Assembly: GCA_034520565.1 (NCBI GenBank)
Contig: JAXHNL010000002.1
Span: 1,056,001-1,120,000 of the forward strand
Origin: Halodesulfurarchaeum sp.
GTDB lineage: Archaea > Halobacteriota > Halobacteria > Halobacteriales > Halobacteriaceae
Reading direction: 5' to 3'
Length of the DNA: 64,000 nt
The position numbers were made by a program, and so were the translations under genes. The notes below the pieces were generated by a model. It was not told where the DNA came from. It ran no database searches and saw only the letters and a program-made list of their open reading frames with translations. Shown piece after piece: positions 10,370 to 21,139 of the stretch; position 1 is the first letter of the stretch; every line of letters begins with the position of its first letter.

Positions 10370-12526
10370 CTATGGTGGGCCCCCTCCAACTCCAGATGTA
10401 TCCCCAATAGCTGGCTCCCCAATTACATTCACTGAAATTGGTTTGTAGTCGAGAGTCGCTGGTTGCCCTGCAGCAGTGAATTCCGCGTTTTCTACAAACA
10501 GATCTGCATTTCCTTGGAGGTCTGCACTAAGATCTGCCCAGGACGCAACAACATCAAGAGTTGACATATTCAGATTCATCGAACCAGATGAGTCAAGCCG
10601 AATGTTTACACCTCCAACATTAGCGCCTGATAGCAAGATATCTGCACCACTGAAAATTTCCACATCAGATCCACTTTCAACATTCGCGCCTGACAGCAAG
10701 GCATCTGCACCACTGGAAATTTCCACATTAGATCCTCCATCAGTAGCAACGATGCTTGCCCCATCCGAATTGAGTTGCTGTCCTGCGTCAATGGTAATGG
10801 GAGCGATAGATTGGATGTTTGCTGAATTTATATTCATTTCACTACCAGATATCAAGTTAATATCGCCACCTCCATCTGTGGTTTCTATTTCGGCGCCTTC
10901 AGCAGTCAATTGGCCCCCGGCGTCTATTGTGATTTCCGGAGCAGATTGGAGGGACGCCGAGTCAATGTTAATTGTGGCGGTAGCTGTTAAATCGATGGAT
11001 TGGCCCCCAGCCGTAGTCGTTTCCATGGCGAGCGCCATTCTCAGAACACAATATTCTCGGCATCGATATCAATACCGGTAAGCGCTCCATCTTCCATAAT
11101 TGCATCTTCTACAACTTCAAGGTGCCACCAATTGATACACCCTCTAGATCTGATACGGAATACGCTTCCTCTCCATTATCGTACACACCATTATCGTTTT
11201 CGTCAAAGTAAGCGACTACGTTTGATGGGAGTGGATCTCCAATATCACCCCCACCTCCATTATCCACCGCTGTCCCACCTTCCGCGATGAAATACATGCC
11301 CTGTTCACCGGTTTCGAATATGACGGTGAGGATCCACCAGTCATTTGGATTGGCGTTTTTATCGAAGTCAAACGTGACATCTGTTTGGCTATTTCCGGAA
11401 AATCTGATAGGCGGATCAAGGGTTTCGAAATTGTCCCCTATGTTCCATTCTACCACTCGGTTCGCCACGGGATCATTTATTCCAATAACTTTCTCCTTTT
11501 CGGCCCCTTGACTATCATAGAAATTAACTCGCCCTCGGAGACATTTATAGTATTACCTTGGTTTTGAAAGTCAATACCCAATCACCGTTCTGTATTTCTG
11601 CCTTTATCAATCGAACATCTCCTGGTGAAGCGGGATTGATTTCGTTATTTGCTGAACCACGTTCCCCAGATATTGGTGTTCCGTCCACTCCTATAGGCGC
11701 ATATTGCACATCCCACGTTCCATCCAGAACGAGTGTCAATTCGCCTGCCCCCTGCGTTAACCACAATGTCTTCGGGAGCCATCTGTCCGCTCAAGACGTC
11801 CTCCCACGTCGACTCTCTGAGGTCGGTCGGAACGGTCACGTTGACGTCGGTAAACTCCCGGCTCACCAGAATGCCGGGTTCCGGATCCAACGAAACACGT
11901 TCGACACCCTGTTCGGAATAGTTGCCCTGTATGGGGACGAGTGTGACCTCATTTGTCCCCTGTTCGTAGGTTCGAACGAGTGTCTGCCCCTTGTTCTGTA
12001 TCACGAGCCCACCGCCCTGGCCGGTTTCTGCGAAGTTCTTGTAGAGCAACCCGTGCTCGTGCCGGATGGGGGCGCCCGTGTCCAGCTCGTTGTAGTTCGG
12101 GGAGTAACTCAAAAACTGGATGTAGATCTCGTCCTCGCTGTTGATCCCCGGATACCGGGCCGCCATGTCGATCTCCGTCCCGTCCTGATAAGCGATCGAG
12201 ATGTTTCTACGCGGCCCCGTTTCCAGCCTCCCGGTCGCCGGTGGTGGATTGACGGCAATGAGTCGGGTTGGGTATCGGGTCCCGAGTTTCACGGTCGTCG
12301 ATTGGGTCTCGCCGTTCGTCCGGGCCTCGAAGATCGCACTCCGGGCGTCGGTCATGTCGTCGCTCACCGTCTGGTAGTGGTCGTACTCGACCTGCTCGTT
12401 CTGAATTGGGACCCAGAGGGCCTGATAGGTGGAGAGGAGGATGATCAGCATCGCAAATATCATGATAAATCCGATGACGGTGGAAACGGCCCGATCGTCA
12501 CCGGGAAGTTCGAAATGATCGCCCAT
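10370..12526 (-). CDS. Pilin-like (class III signal peptide) surface protein of about 720 aa, broken by several indels; AT-rich repetitive C-terminal region
   Basis: N-terminus DDRA/VSTVIGFIMIFAMLIILL is a prepilin-type cleavage site plus hydrophobic helix; LGTRYP.R motif. ORFs 11645..12526, 11545..11766, 11109..11468 and 10370..11038 join through single-base shifts, often at homopolymers. Intact gene with consensus errors versus true pseudogene cannot be decided from the sequence. Confidence 0.7.
10616..10741. repeat. Two tandem 63-bp coding repeats (21 aa, VEI(S/F)SGAD(A/I)LLSGANV)
   Basis: aacattagcgcctgatagcaagatatctgcaccactgaaaatttccacatcagatcc recurs 63 bp later as aacattcgcgcctgacagcaaggcatctgcaccactggaaatttccacattagatcc. 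Confidence 0.85.
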
Positions 12527-12597
12527 TGACTGAGACTTAGGTGTCCCCGGCTACTTATGCATGTGCTAGAATCAGCACGGTCACCGATCCGCCGAAC

Positions 12598-13176
12598 TCA
12601 ATCCTCTTCTTCGATCACTTCGGGATCGGCCAGGGCCTCCTGCAGCGAGTCGAGGCCGTTGACCCACTCGGTCACGAGGCCGTACTCGATCGCCTCGGTC
12701 ACCGAGATGTCGAGGCCCGCGCCGTCGATCAAGAGGGTGCCCGCTGCCGAGGCGTGCCCGAGAGCCGTATCGAGGTCATCCTCGGCTTCGGCCTCCGCGG
12801 CGTGGCGGATGTGCTTTTCGACTGTCCCCTTCCCGACCGGTCCCTCCGCCACGTACCGCTCCGCGCTGTAGAAGACACAGACGAGACTCGTCTGCACGCC
12901 GTCCACGAGCATGAGTGTGTCCTCGTTCTCGATCTCCGGGTCCGCGAGCACGACATCCCGGATCTCGACGATTTCGTCCATCGCCCGCTCGGCGTCGATG
13001 CTCCCGTCTTCGAGAGCGGTGAGGATCTTCGCCACGGCGATTGCCACGTCGTCCTGGAGGTTCAGGAGGAGGCGGGCGGAATCCTCGTCCTCCGGATCGA
13101 TCTCCTCCTCGCGTAGTCGGTCGAGCCAGTTCTCCCAGCGTTCCTCGGTGTAAAACTCGGCCTCGGGGTCGCTCAT
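12598..13176 (-). CDS. Conserved euryarchaeal acidic protein (DUF2150-like)
   Basis: FYTEERWENW N-terminal motif, LLLNLQDDVAIAV; acidic haloarchaeal composition. Confidence 0.75.
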   Translation of the reverse strand: MSDPEAEFYTEERWENWLDRLREEEIDPEDEDSARLLLNLQDDVAIAVAKILTALEDGSIDAERAMDEIVEIRDVVLADPEIENEDTLMLVDGVQTSLVCVFYSAERYVAEGPVGKGTVEKHIRHAAEAEAEDDLDTALGHASAAGTLLIDGAGLDISVTEAIEYGLVTEWVNGLDSLQEALADPEVIEEED

Positions 13177-13268
13177 ACCCGGACAGGTGAGTCCCCCGGA
13201 CTAAGGCCTTTCCTTCGTCCGCGATCGATAACGCAGGCGATTTCCCCCGGGAAACCGAAGACGCCCGT

Positions 13269-13907
13269 ATGAGCACCGGCAACGTGGCTTTCGAAATCGG
13301 CGATAGAATCTCCCTGCCGGCACCGAGAACGGAGGGGTCGGTCACCCTCGAATCGACGCTCGCGACCCGGCGGTCGAGACGCGAGCTGACCTTCGAACCG
13401 GTCGACAGAACTGCGGTCGGACAGCTCCTCTGGGCGGCCCAGGGACGAACCGACCCCGAAGGGAAACGCGCCGCGCCGAGCGCCGGGGCGACCTATCCCC
13501 TGATCGTCGACCTCGTGGTCGGTGAGGGAGGGGTTCCAGACCTCGCGGCCGGCGTTTACAGATACGATCCCGACGACCACGCCATCGAATATCGGTCCGT
13601 TGAACCGGTCCAGGCCGAACTTGAATCCGCGACGGGCGGCCAGGAGTACGTCAGCCGTGCGGCGATCGACGTCGTCATGGCCGGGATCGAAGAACGGACG
13701 GCCAGGGAGTACGGCGAGCGGGCGGGCGAGCTCTACGTCCCGATGGAGGCCGGCCACGCGGGCGAGAATCTCTTCTTGCAGGCGGAGGCGCTGGGACTGG
13801 CGTCGGTCCCCGTCGGTGGATTCGAGGACGCCGCCGTGGCCGCGGCGATGGGATACGAACGAGCGAGGCCGCTGGTCATGTACCCCGTCGGCGGCCGTCC
13901 CGACTGA
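13269..13907 (+). CDS. SagB/ThcOx-type nitroreductase family protein
   Basis: RRSRR, QLLWAAQG, RAAPSAGATYP, EAGHAGENLFLQAEALGL motifs. Confidence 0.9.
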   Translation: MSTGNVAFEIGDRISLPAPRTEGSVTLESTLATRRSRRELTFEPVDRTAVGQLLWAAQGRTDPEGKRAAPSAGATYPLIVDLVVGEGGVPDLAAGVYRYDPDDHAIEYRSVEPVQAELESATGGQEYVSRAAIDVVMAGIEERTAREYGERAGELYVPMEAGHAGENLFLQAEALGLASVPVGGFEDAAVAAAMGYERARPLVMYPVGGRPD

Positions 13908-13925
13908 TCGGGACCCGGTGTGGGA

Positions 13926-14771
13926 TCATCGGTCGATGGTTTCGCGGGTATCGATCCCGTAGATCCGACGCGGCGTCTCGACGTGAGCGGTCTCGACGGC
14001 TTCGTCATGGCCGTTTTCGAGGAGCCAGTCAACCCGACGCGGGACCGTTTTCGGGCCCATGACGGCCCCCGGACGGTCCGGGTCGTCGATGAAGTCGGTC
14101 TCCATGAGGAACGGCTTGTCCCGCTCGATGGCGGTTTCGAGGAACTCTCTCCGGCTCATGACGCTGGGGGTCACGCCCGCGAGTCGCCCGGTGCTGTAGT
14201 GTTTGACGACCCGCTCGGCCGGGAGCCCCGCGGATTCGGCCCACTCGCCGACCGTGGAGAGGTCCTCGGTCTCCTCGGTGTGTAACTGGAGGGCCACGTC
14301 CGCTGCTGTGGCCACCTCGATCGCGTGGCGAAGCACCGCGTTCGAGGCGTCCCAGACCGCCGGCTCGACGTCGTAGTGCGGGCGGCCGGATTTGATGGCC
14401 ACCGTGTCGCCAGCTGCAGCGTACTCCCCCGCAACATCGAGGCCAGCCTTCATGAGGTCCCGGGCCGCCGCCACGTCCATTCCGCGGTCATCCACGAGCC
14501 GAGAGATGAGCGCGGGATGAACCCCGAGGACCGGCCAGGCTGTGCCCGGGAGCACGGCGGAGGCGTCCTCGACGAGCGAGTGCGTCGCCTCGAAAACCCC
14601 CTCGAAGTCCGCCCCGGTTTCCACGTCGATCCCAAAATGCCAGGAGGGTTTGTTGACGACGAAAAGGTGGGTGCCCCCACTCCGGGCGAAGTCCCGGACG
14701 GCTTCGATCCCCTGACCGTCCCGGTCGAGGTGGAGATGGTTGTCGAGCACCGGCGTACCCAGATCGCGCAT
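13926..14771 (-). CDS. TatD-related metal-dependent hydrolase
   Basis: LDNHLHLD, GVHP, SGRPHY, LQLHTE, VVKHY, METDFIDD motifs. Confidence 0.88.
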   Translation of the reverse strand: MRDLGTPVLDNHLHLDRDGQGIEAVRDFARSGGTHLFVVNKPSWHFGIDVETGADFEGVFEATHSLVEDASAVLPGTAWPVLGVHPALISRLVDDRGMDVAAARDLMKAGLDVAGEYAAAGDTVAIKSGRPHYDVEPAVWDASNAVLRHAIEVATAADVALQLHTEETEDLSTVGEWAESAGLPAERVVKHYSTGRLAGVTPSVMSRREFLETAIERDKPFLMETDFIDDPDRPGAVMGPKTVPRRVDWLLENGHDEAVETAHVETPRRIYGIDTRETIDR

Positions 14772-14832
14772 GGATAGTCCTCGGTCGGAATCGGTGAAAA
14801 ACTCCCGGTTGGTCCACATCGCCGCGAACCGC

Positions 14833-15273
14833 TCACTCGAGGACGACTGCCTCGCCCGCGGCTCGGACGAGCGCGTCCGAGCGACCGTGTTCCCCCGGGG
14901 CAATCGCCACGGTGGCGATCCCGTTTCGGTTGGCCAGCTCCACGACCGGTTTGAAGTCGATATCTCGCGAGGCGATGGCGAGCACGTCGAGGTCGGCCTC
15001 GTAAACCGCGGCCGTCGCGTCGACGGCGAGTTTCACGTCCACGTCACCGCTCGTGACCCGGACGTCGAAGCCGTGGGCTTCGGCGGCCTGGATCAGCCCG
15101 GACGGGGCGTTTTCGTCGAGATACAGGCGGGTGAGTGCGAGTGTTCCCTGCTCCTCGGCGGCCGCTCTGAGATCCTGGAGGTCGACGTCGAACTCCTCGC
15201 GAAGGACGTTCGGTCCGTCCACGAAGAGGCCGACCCGCGTTTCGAACCCGAGCCGTCGGGAGAACCATCCCAT
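14833..15273 (-). CDS. NYN domain protein (PIN-like fold)
   Basis: FVDGPN, DVDVKLAVDA, SRDIDFKP acidic catalytic motifs. Confidence 0.88.
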   Translation of the reverse strand: MGWFSRRLGFETRVGLFVDGPNVLREEFDVDLQDLRAAAEEQGTLALTRLYLDENAPSGLIQAAEAHGFDVRVTSGDVDVKLAVDATAAVYEADLDVLAIASRDIDFKPVVELANRNGIATVAIAPGEHGRSDALVRAAGEAVVLE

Positions 15274-15414
15274 GGCCCGAGCCACGTGGCACCCAAATAA
15301 AGGCGTGCTGATCGGCACCGATATCGCGAAACCGCTCCACCGAACCCGTCCGATACCCCCCATTTTCACGCGGGTATAGGAAGGCATTAATTGCCGGCGA
15401 CTGTGGGTTTACCT

Positions 15415-16530
15415 ATGGCCCTGCGGACGCCACCGCTGCATGCGGTTCATGAGAAGCGAGGTGCGTCGTTCACCGATTTCGGCGGGTGGGAAATGCCGGT
15501 CGAGTTCGATTCGATCCACGAAGAACACGAAGCCGTGCGGACAGCCGCCGGGATCTTCGACGTCTCGCACATGGGGGAAATCACCGTCTCGGGGCCAGAT
15601 TCGACGGAACTGATGAACCGGCTAACGACGAACGACGTCGCGGCCCTGGAGCCGGGGGAAGCCCAGTACTCCGCGATCACGGACGAGGACGGGATCATTC
15701 TGGACGACACGGTCGTGTATCGACTCCCGACGTCCCTGCCCGAGGGCACGCCCGGTGCAGGTGCGGACTACCTCTTCATTCCGAACGCGGGCCACGACGC
15801 CCAGATGCACGAGCGATGGACGGCCCATCGCGAGAAGTGGGATCTGGACGCCGACGTGGAGAACCGGACCGACGACTACGGCATCGTGGCGGTCCAGGGT
15901 CCCGACGCCGAAGACCTGGTTGCGGAGGCGGCCGATGAAGCGGCCCGGGAGCTCGGTCGGTTCAGTGCCGCGGCGATGACCATTGCTGGGACGTCCTGCT
16001 GGGTCGCCAGAACCGGATACACGGGCGAGGACGGCTACGAGATCCTGGCGCCGATGGACGAACTCGAGACGGTCTGGGAAGCCTTCGAGGGCTGCCAACC
16101 CTGCGGGCTCGGAGCGCGAGACACCCTCCGGCTCGAGTACGGGTTGCTGCTCTCGGGCCAGGACTTCGATCCCGAGGAAACTCCCCGCACTCCCTACGAG
16201 GCAGGTATCGGGTTCACCGTTGCGCTCGACACCGACTTCGTGGGGCGGGATGCACTCGCCGCTCAACACGAGTCCGGGCCCGAACGGCAGTTCGTCGGCT
16301 TCGTCCTCGAGGAACGTGGCATTCCCCGCCACGGTTACGAGATCACGGACGCCGATGGGACCGATATCGGCGTGGTCACGAGTGGAACGATGAGTCCGAC
16401 GCTGACCGAGCCGATCGGGCTTGGATATGTTACCACGTCCCACGCCGAGGACGGTGAGACAGTATTTATATCGATCCGCGGCGAAGGCAAGGAAGCGACG
16501 ATCACCACACCACCATTCATCCACCAATGA
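15415..16530 (+). CDS. gcvT: Glycine cleavage system aminomethyltransferase T
   Basis: [37 protein letters not shown]; operon with H and P subunits. Confidence 0.96.
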   Translation: MALRTPPLHAVHEKRGASFTDFGGWEMPVEFDSIHEEHEAVRTAAGIFDVSHMGEITVSGPDSTELMNRLTTNDVAALEPGEAQYSAITDEDGIILDDTVVYRLPTSLPEGTPGAGADYLFIPNAGHDAQMHERWTAHREKWDLDADVENRTDDYGIVAVQGPDAEDLVAEAADEAARELGRFSAAAMTIAGTSCWVARTGYTGEDGYEILAPMDELETVWEAFEGCQPCGLGARDTLRLEYGLLLSGQDFDPEETPRTPYEAGIGFTVALDTDFVGRDALAAQHESGPERQFVGFVLEERGIPRHGYEITDADGTDIGVVTSGTMSPTLTEPIGLGYVTTSHAEDGETVFISIRGEGKEATITTPPFIHQ

Positions 16531-16901
16531 GCTTCGACATACCCGACAACCTGTACTACACCGAATCGCACGAGTGGGTCGACCCCGAGACCGGCAAGAT
16601 CGGGATCACCGACTTCGCCCAGGACGAACTCGGCGACATCGTCTTCGTCGAGTTCCCGACCGTCGGCGACCACCTCGAGGCAGACGACGAACTCGGGGTC
16701 GTCGAGAGTATCAAGGCCGTCTCGGACATCTATTCGCCGGTCGGCGGCGAAGTCACCGACGTGAACGAGGCGCTCGAGGGCGAACCGGAGACGCTTAACG
16801 AGGACCCCTACGGTGACGGCTGGCTGGTCGAACTCGACCTCGACTCCACAGACGAGGTAGAGGCACTCCTCACACCGGACGAGTACGAATCCCAGCTGTA
16901 A
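16527..16901 (+). CDS. gcvH: Glycine cleavage system H protein
   Basis: [27 protein letters not shown] lipoyl-lysine motif, NEDPYGDGW. Confidence 0.96.
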   Translation: MSFDIPDNLYYTESHEWVDPETGKIGITDFAQDELGDIVFVEFPTVGDHLEADDELGVVESIKAVSDIYSPVGGEVTDVNEALEGEPETLNEDPYGDGWLVELDLDSTDEVEALLTPDEYESQL

Positions 16902-18223
16902 TGTCCCAGAGCCCGTACGCGCCGAACACCGAGACGGACACGTCGGAGATGCTGGAGGCAGTCGGGGTATCAGACGTCGAGGAGCTGTTCGACATCCCGG
17001 ACGCGGTTCGATACGACGAGTCCTTCGACATCGAATCCCGCTCCGAGCCCGCAGTTCGGGCGATGGTCGGTGACATGCTCGCGGACAACGAGAACCTCAC
17101 GGAGTTCCTCGGCCGCGGCTATTACGACCATTATGTTCCGTCAGTCGTCGACCGCCTCTCGATGCGCTCCGAGTTCCTGACCTCCTACACGCAGTACCAG
17201 CCGGAGGTCACCCAGGGATTCCTGCAGGCGCTTTTCGAGTACCAGTCCATTCTGGTCGAACTCACCGGGCTGCCGATCGCGAACGCGTCGATGTACGACG
17301 CCGGGAGCGGGGTCGCAGAGGCCACACTCCTTTCTTCCCGGATCCGCGATACCGACGGGACCGTCGTGCTGGTCCCCGAGTACGTCAGGGAGGATCGGGT
17401 CAGCGTCCTCGAAAACTACGTGGCGGGCCACGACATCCAGATCGAGCGGTTCGGGACCGAGGACGGCACCGTCGACCTCGATTCCCTTAAGGCAACGATC
17501 GGCGAGGACACGCTGATGGTCTATGCGGAATCGCCGACGACCCGTGGCACCATCGAGGAGAACCTCGAACGGATCGGCGAACTCGCCCACGAGAACGACG
17601 CGATGTTCACCGTCGGGAGCGACCCGGTCGCGATGTCGCTGCTCGAAGCGCCCGGCGATATCGGCGCGGACGTCGTCGTCGGGGACGCGGTCCTTGGGCT
17701 TCCGAACGCCTACGGGATGGGTCTCGGCATCTTTGCCACCCGCGAGTCGTATCTCCGGCACGTTCCGGGTCGGCTCGTCGGCATCGGGGAAGACCAGGAT
17801 GGCAAGCGGGCCTACACGCTCACGCTCCAGACCCGGGAACAGCACATCCGTCGGGAGCGGGCGACGAGCAACATCTGTACGAACCAGGCGTGGGTCGCGC
17901 TGCGAACGGCCATTCACGCCGCACACCTGGGCCCGGACGGGCTCATCGAGTTGGCAAAACAGATGGTCGAACTCCCGCAGGAACTCGCCGATCGACTCGA
18001 CGAGTTGCCGGGGATCGAGGCCCCGGTCCACGACCGACACCACTTCCGTGACTTCGTCGCCCGGACGGAGGCCTCGGCCCCAGAGATCGCCGACGAACTG
18101 GAGTCGGCTGGCTTTGCCGTCCACGCGCTCGGCGAGGACGAACTCCAGTTCTCGGTGACCGAGACGAACGAACACGCCGTGGACGATCTCGTCGCGGCAA
18201 TCGAGGAGGTGGTGGCCGAATGA
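16901..18223 (+). CDS. gcvPA: Glycine dehydrogenase (decarboxylating) subunit 1
   Basis: [45 protein letters not shown]. Confidence 0.95.
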   Translation: MSQSPYAPNTETDTSEMLEAVGVSDVEELFDIPDAVRYDESFDIESRSEPAVRAMVGDMLADNENLTEFLGRGYYDHYVPSVVDRLSMRSEFLTSYTQYQPEVTQGFLQALFEYQSILVELTGLPIANASMYDAGSGVAEATLLSSRIRDTDGTVVLVPEYVREDRVSVLENYVAGHDIQIERFGTEDGTVDLDSLKATIGEDTLMVYAESPTTRGTIEENLERIGELAHENDAMFTVGSDPVAMSLLEAPGDIGADVVVGDAVLGLPNAYGMGLGIFATRESYLRHVPGRLVGIGEDQDGKRAYTLTLQTREQHIRRERATSNICTNQAWVALRTAIHAAHLGPDGLIELAKQMVELPQELADRLDELPGIEAPVHDRHHFRDFVARTEASAPEIADELESAGFAVHALGEDELQFSVTETNEHAVDDLVAAIEEVVAE

Positions 18224-19647
18224 AACACTACGATCAGGCCACCTTCTTCGAGGACGACAGCGAGGTCTACGAGCGGCTGCTCTCCGAGAAGTTCGGCACG
18301 GAGGAGACCATCGAGGAGTCACCACTTCCGGACGACCTGACGCGGGACTCGCTCGAACTGCCGGCACCTGCCGAACCCGAGTTGTCCCGGCACTACGTTC
18401 GCCTCTCACAGCAGAACTACGCCATCGAAACCGGCCCCTATCCGCTCGGGTCCTGTACGATGAAGTACAACCCGCCGTTCACCGAGGACGTCGCGGCGGA
18501 CCCGAACGGCATGGTCCACCCGGACCGCTCGGGGGAGACGATCCAGGGGAACCTGGAAGTGCTCTACCAGCTGCAGGAGTACCTCGCGGAGATCGGGGGC
18601 ATGGACGCCGTCACCTTGCAACCGCCAGCCGGCGCGGCCGGCGAGTTCACCGGGAACCGGATCGCGGCGGCCTACCACGAGGCAAACGGCGAGGGCCACC
18701 GGAACGAAGTCGTCGTCCCGGACACGGCACACGGGACGAACCCCGCAAGCGCGGCGATGGCCGGGTACGACGTGGTCGAGATTCCGAGTGGTGATGACGG
18801 ACGCGTCGACCTCGAAGCCCTCGAGGCGGCGATCGGCGAGGATACCGCCCTGTTCATGCTCACGAACCCCAACACGCTGGGGCTCTTCGAGCGGGACATC
18901 GAGGCGATCGCCGAGATAGTCCACGAGGCGGGCGGGCTCGTTTATTACGACGGGGCGAATCTCAACGCGCTGCTCGGCCGGGCCCGACCGGGCGACATGG
19001 GCTATGACATCATGCACTACAACGTGCACAAGACCTTCGCCACCCCACACGGTGGCGGTGGTCCAGGAGCCGGTCCGGTCGGGGTCGTCTCCGAACTCGA
19101 GGAGTTCTTGCCGACCCCACAGGTCGAAAAGCGGGGCGAGGACTTCGAGCTCGTCGAACCAGCACAGTCGATCGGGAAAGTCCATGACTTCCAGGGCAAC
19201 TGGCTGGTGCTGATCAAGGCGATGGCCTACATCGCCCGCCTCGGCGAGGAGGGGCTCTGTGATACGAGTGCGAGTGCGGTGCTCAATGCCAACTATCTCG
19301 CCTCGCAGATCGACGTGGAGATCCCATTCGAGCCGTTCCATCACGAGTTCGTCGCGAGCGCGGGCGAAATCGACGCCTCGGACATGGCAAAACGGATGCT
19401 CGATTTCGGCGTCCATCCGCCGACGACCAAGTGGCCGGAGATCGTCTCACAGGCGTTGATGACCGAGCCGACCGAGGCCGAGAGCAGGCAGACACTCGAT
19501 CAACTCGCCGATGCGTTCAACGCCGCCTTCGCTGCCGAGTCGGACGAGCTTTCGAGTGCGCCCCACCGGACGACGGCACGGCGTATCGACCAGGCCGACG
19601 CCGCGAGGAACCCGCGGCTCTCCTGGCACGCACTCGGCGAGGAGTAG
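18220..19647 (+). CDS. gcvPB: Glycine dehydrogenase (decarboxylating) subunit 2
   Basis: [41 protein letters not shown]-lysine motif. Confidence 0.95.
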   Translation: MKHYDQATFFEDDSEVYERLLSEKFGTEETIEESPLPDDLTRDSLELPAPAEPELSRHYVRLSQQNYAIETGPYPLGSCTMKYNPPFTEDVAADPNGMVHPDRSGETIQGNLEVLYQLQEYLAEIGGMDAVTLQPPAGAAGEFTGNRIAAAYHEANGEGHRNEVVVPDTAHGTNPASAAMAGYDVVEIPSGDDGRVDLEALEAAIGEDTALFMLTNPNTLGLFERDIEAIAEIVHEAGGLVYYDGANLNALLGRARPGDMGYDIMHYNVHKTFATPHGGGGPGAGPVGVVSELEEFLPTPQVEKRGEDFELVEPAQSIGKVHDFQGNWLVLIKAMAYIARLGEEGLCDTSASAVLNANYLASQIDVEIPFEPFHHEFVASAGEIDASDMAKRMLDFGVHPPTTKWPEIVSQALMTEPTEAESRQTLDQLADAFNAAFAAESDELSSAPHRTTARRIDQADAARNPRLSWHALGEE

Positions 19648-19830
19648 TTGGGCCCGCGCGCTACTCCTTCTCGCGCGTGAGACGGCACGTCCCAACCGCG
19701 CGCTGCTCCGATAGAATCTCGGCCTCGTGATTTTCCCCGGGCCTCGAGAGAAGTTCCGAACAGTCGGTGCTGCTTGCGAGCACCCGTGACGTCTCTCAGC
19801 GGTGGACCGAGAAAAACGCCACCGGACTAA

Positions 19831-19998
19831 TCAGGCCGTTGCCTTCGTCGAGTCGACGGACTCGCCGATCAGCACCATCTCGTACTCGCACTCCTTGCAC
19901 CACCACTTCGTCTTCTTTCCCAGGTGGACCTGTTCGCTCGCCATGAGCGAGAAGGTGCGCTCCTCGCCGCAACTCGGGCAGTAGTGTTCTTTCTCCAT
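19831..19998 (-). CDS. Small CPxCG-related zinc-finger protein (55 aa)
   Basis: MEKEHYCPSCG...WWCKECEY two-knuckle pattern typical of haloarchaeal micro zinc-finger proteins. Confidence 0.8.
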   Translation of the reverse strand: MEKEHYCPSCGEERTFSLMASEQVHLGKKTKWWCKECEYEMVLIGESVDSTKATA

Positions 19999-20099
19999 CG
20001 TATATGTCTCTGGGCGACCCTCCACATTGAAAATACTGGTTCGTCCCGGGGAGCGACCGGGTGCCGAACACATTTACCCGGCCAGTCCCTTTTTCGGGT

Positions 20100-20339
20100 A
20101 TGACGCTCACGTTGTACGCCCTCGACGGGTGTCCGGACTGCGAGCGGGTGATGGAAACCCTCGACGAACACGATCTCGAATACGACGTCCACTGGGTCGA
20201 AGCCGCGTTCTCCACACGCGACGTGGTCAAGGAGCTTAGCAACCAGCGTAGCGTTCCCGTCCTCGAGGACGACGAGCACTCGGTCGTCATGGCAAATGCC
20301 GACCGGATCATCGATTACATCGAGACCACGCTGGCATGA
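20100..20339 (+). CDS. Glutaredoxin-like protein
   Basis: LYALDGCPDC, SNQRSVPVL motifs. Confidence 0.88.
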   Translation: MTLTLYALDGCPDCERVMETLDEHDLEYDVHWVEAAFSTRDVVKELSNQRSVPVLEDDEHSVVMANADRIIDYIETTLA

Positions 20340-20866
20340 CGATCTACACCGGACGCGGAGACCAGGGCGAGACGGATCTCTTCGACGGCTCGCGAGTGTC
20401 CAAAACCGACGCCCGCGTCGTGGCGTATGGAACCGTCGACGAACTCAACGCTCTCGTCGGCGTGGTCCACCCCACCGGATATGAAGACATCGACGACCGC
20501 CTCGAGGCCATTCAAAACCACCTTCACGTGCTCCAGGCGGACCTCGCGAACCCCGAGACGGGTGGGGACCCGAGCATCGAGCAGTCACACGTCGAGTCCC
20601 TCGAGAACTGGATCGACGAGATGGACGCGGAGCTGGAGCCACAGACCGCGTTCATCCTCCCCGGCGGTGGGACCGCGGGAGCGAGGCTGCATCATGCCCG
20701 AACGGTCTGCCGGCGTGCCGAACGGCAGGTGCTGGCCCTGGCGGAGCGAGAGGCCGTCTCGGAGGCGGTCGTCGTGTATCTCAACCGGCTGTCCGATCTG
20801 CTGTATGTCACGGCGCGGTTAGCGAACAAGCGGGACGGCGTGCCGGAACAGCATCCGACGTATTGA
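20336..20866 (+). CDS. pduO: ATP:cob(I)alamin adenosyltransferase (PduO type)
   Basis: IYTGRGDQGET, AYGTVDELN, FILPGG, RTVCRRAER, YLNRLSD. Confidence 0.93.
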   Translation: MTIYTGRGDQGETDLFDGSRVSKTDARVVAYGTVDELNALVGVVHPTGYEDIDDRLEAIQNHLHVLQADLANPETGGDPSIEQSHVESLENWIDEMDAELEPQTAFILPGGGTAGARLHHARTVCRRAERQVLALAEREAVSEAVVVYLNRLSDLLYVTARLANKRDGVPEQHPTY

Positions 20867-20916
20867 GCGGCGAATCGGCAACGCTTAAGAGCGTCCTGTC
20901 ACTAGAGTCGTTCAGC

Positions 20917-20991
20917 GGGTCGGTGGTCTAGTCTGGCTATGACGGCTCCTTCACACGGAGCAGGCCGGCGGTTCGAATCCGCCTCGACCCA
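20917..20991 (+). tRNA. tRNA-Val (anticodon CAC)
   Basis: GGGTCGG/TCGACCC acceptor stem plus A, anticodon arm GCTCC-TTCACAC-GGAGC, T arm GGCGG-TTCGAAT-CCGCC; no encoded CCA. Confidence 0.95.
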
Positions 20992-21134
20992 TATTCGGCG
21001 ACTCTCACTTCGCAGCGACCAGCTCGCTGTGTCGCTGCGATGAGATCGCGGTCGTATATTGGTCAGCGGATTCGAGCCCTATCACGAGCGAGCTTGCGAG
21101 CGAAGTGATTTCGGTTCGAATCCGCCCCGACCCA
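20992..21134 (+). mobile_element. 143-bp ORF-less structured unit ending in a duplicate of the tRNA-Val 3' end
   Basis: cggttcgaatccgcc(t/c)cgaccca at 20969-20991 and 21112-21134; the first 89 nt match a unit at the tRNA-Leu locus (63171-63258, minus strand). Mobility is inferred. Confidence 0.75.
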
Positions 21135-21139
21135 TCTAC

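Noticed and set aside
12598-15273. NYN, TatD and nitroreductase cluster as a defence island
   Set aside because: Host-like composition and conserved archaeal families; no toxin-antitoxin, restriction or mobility signatures.
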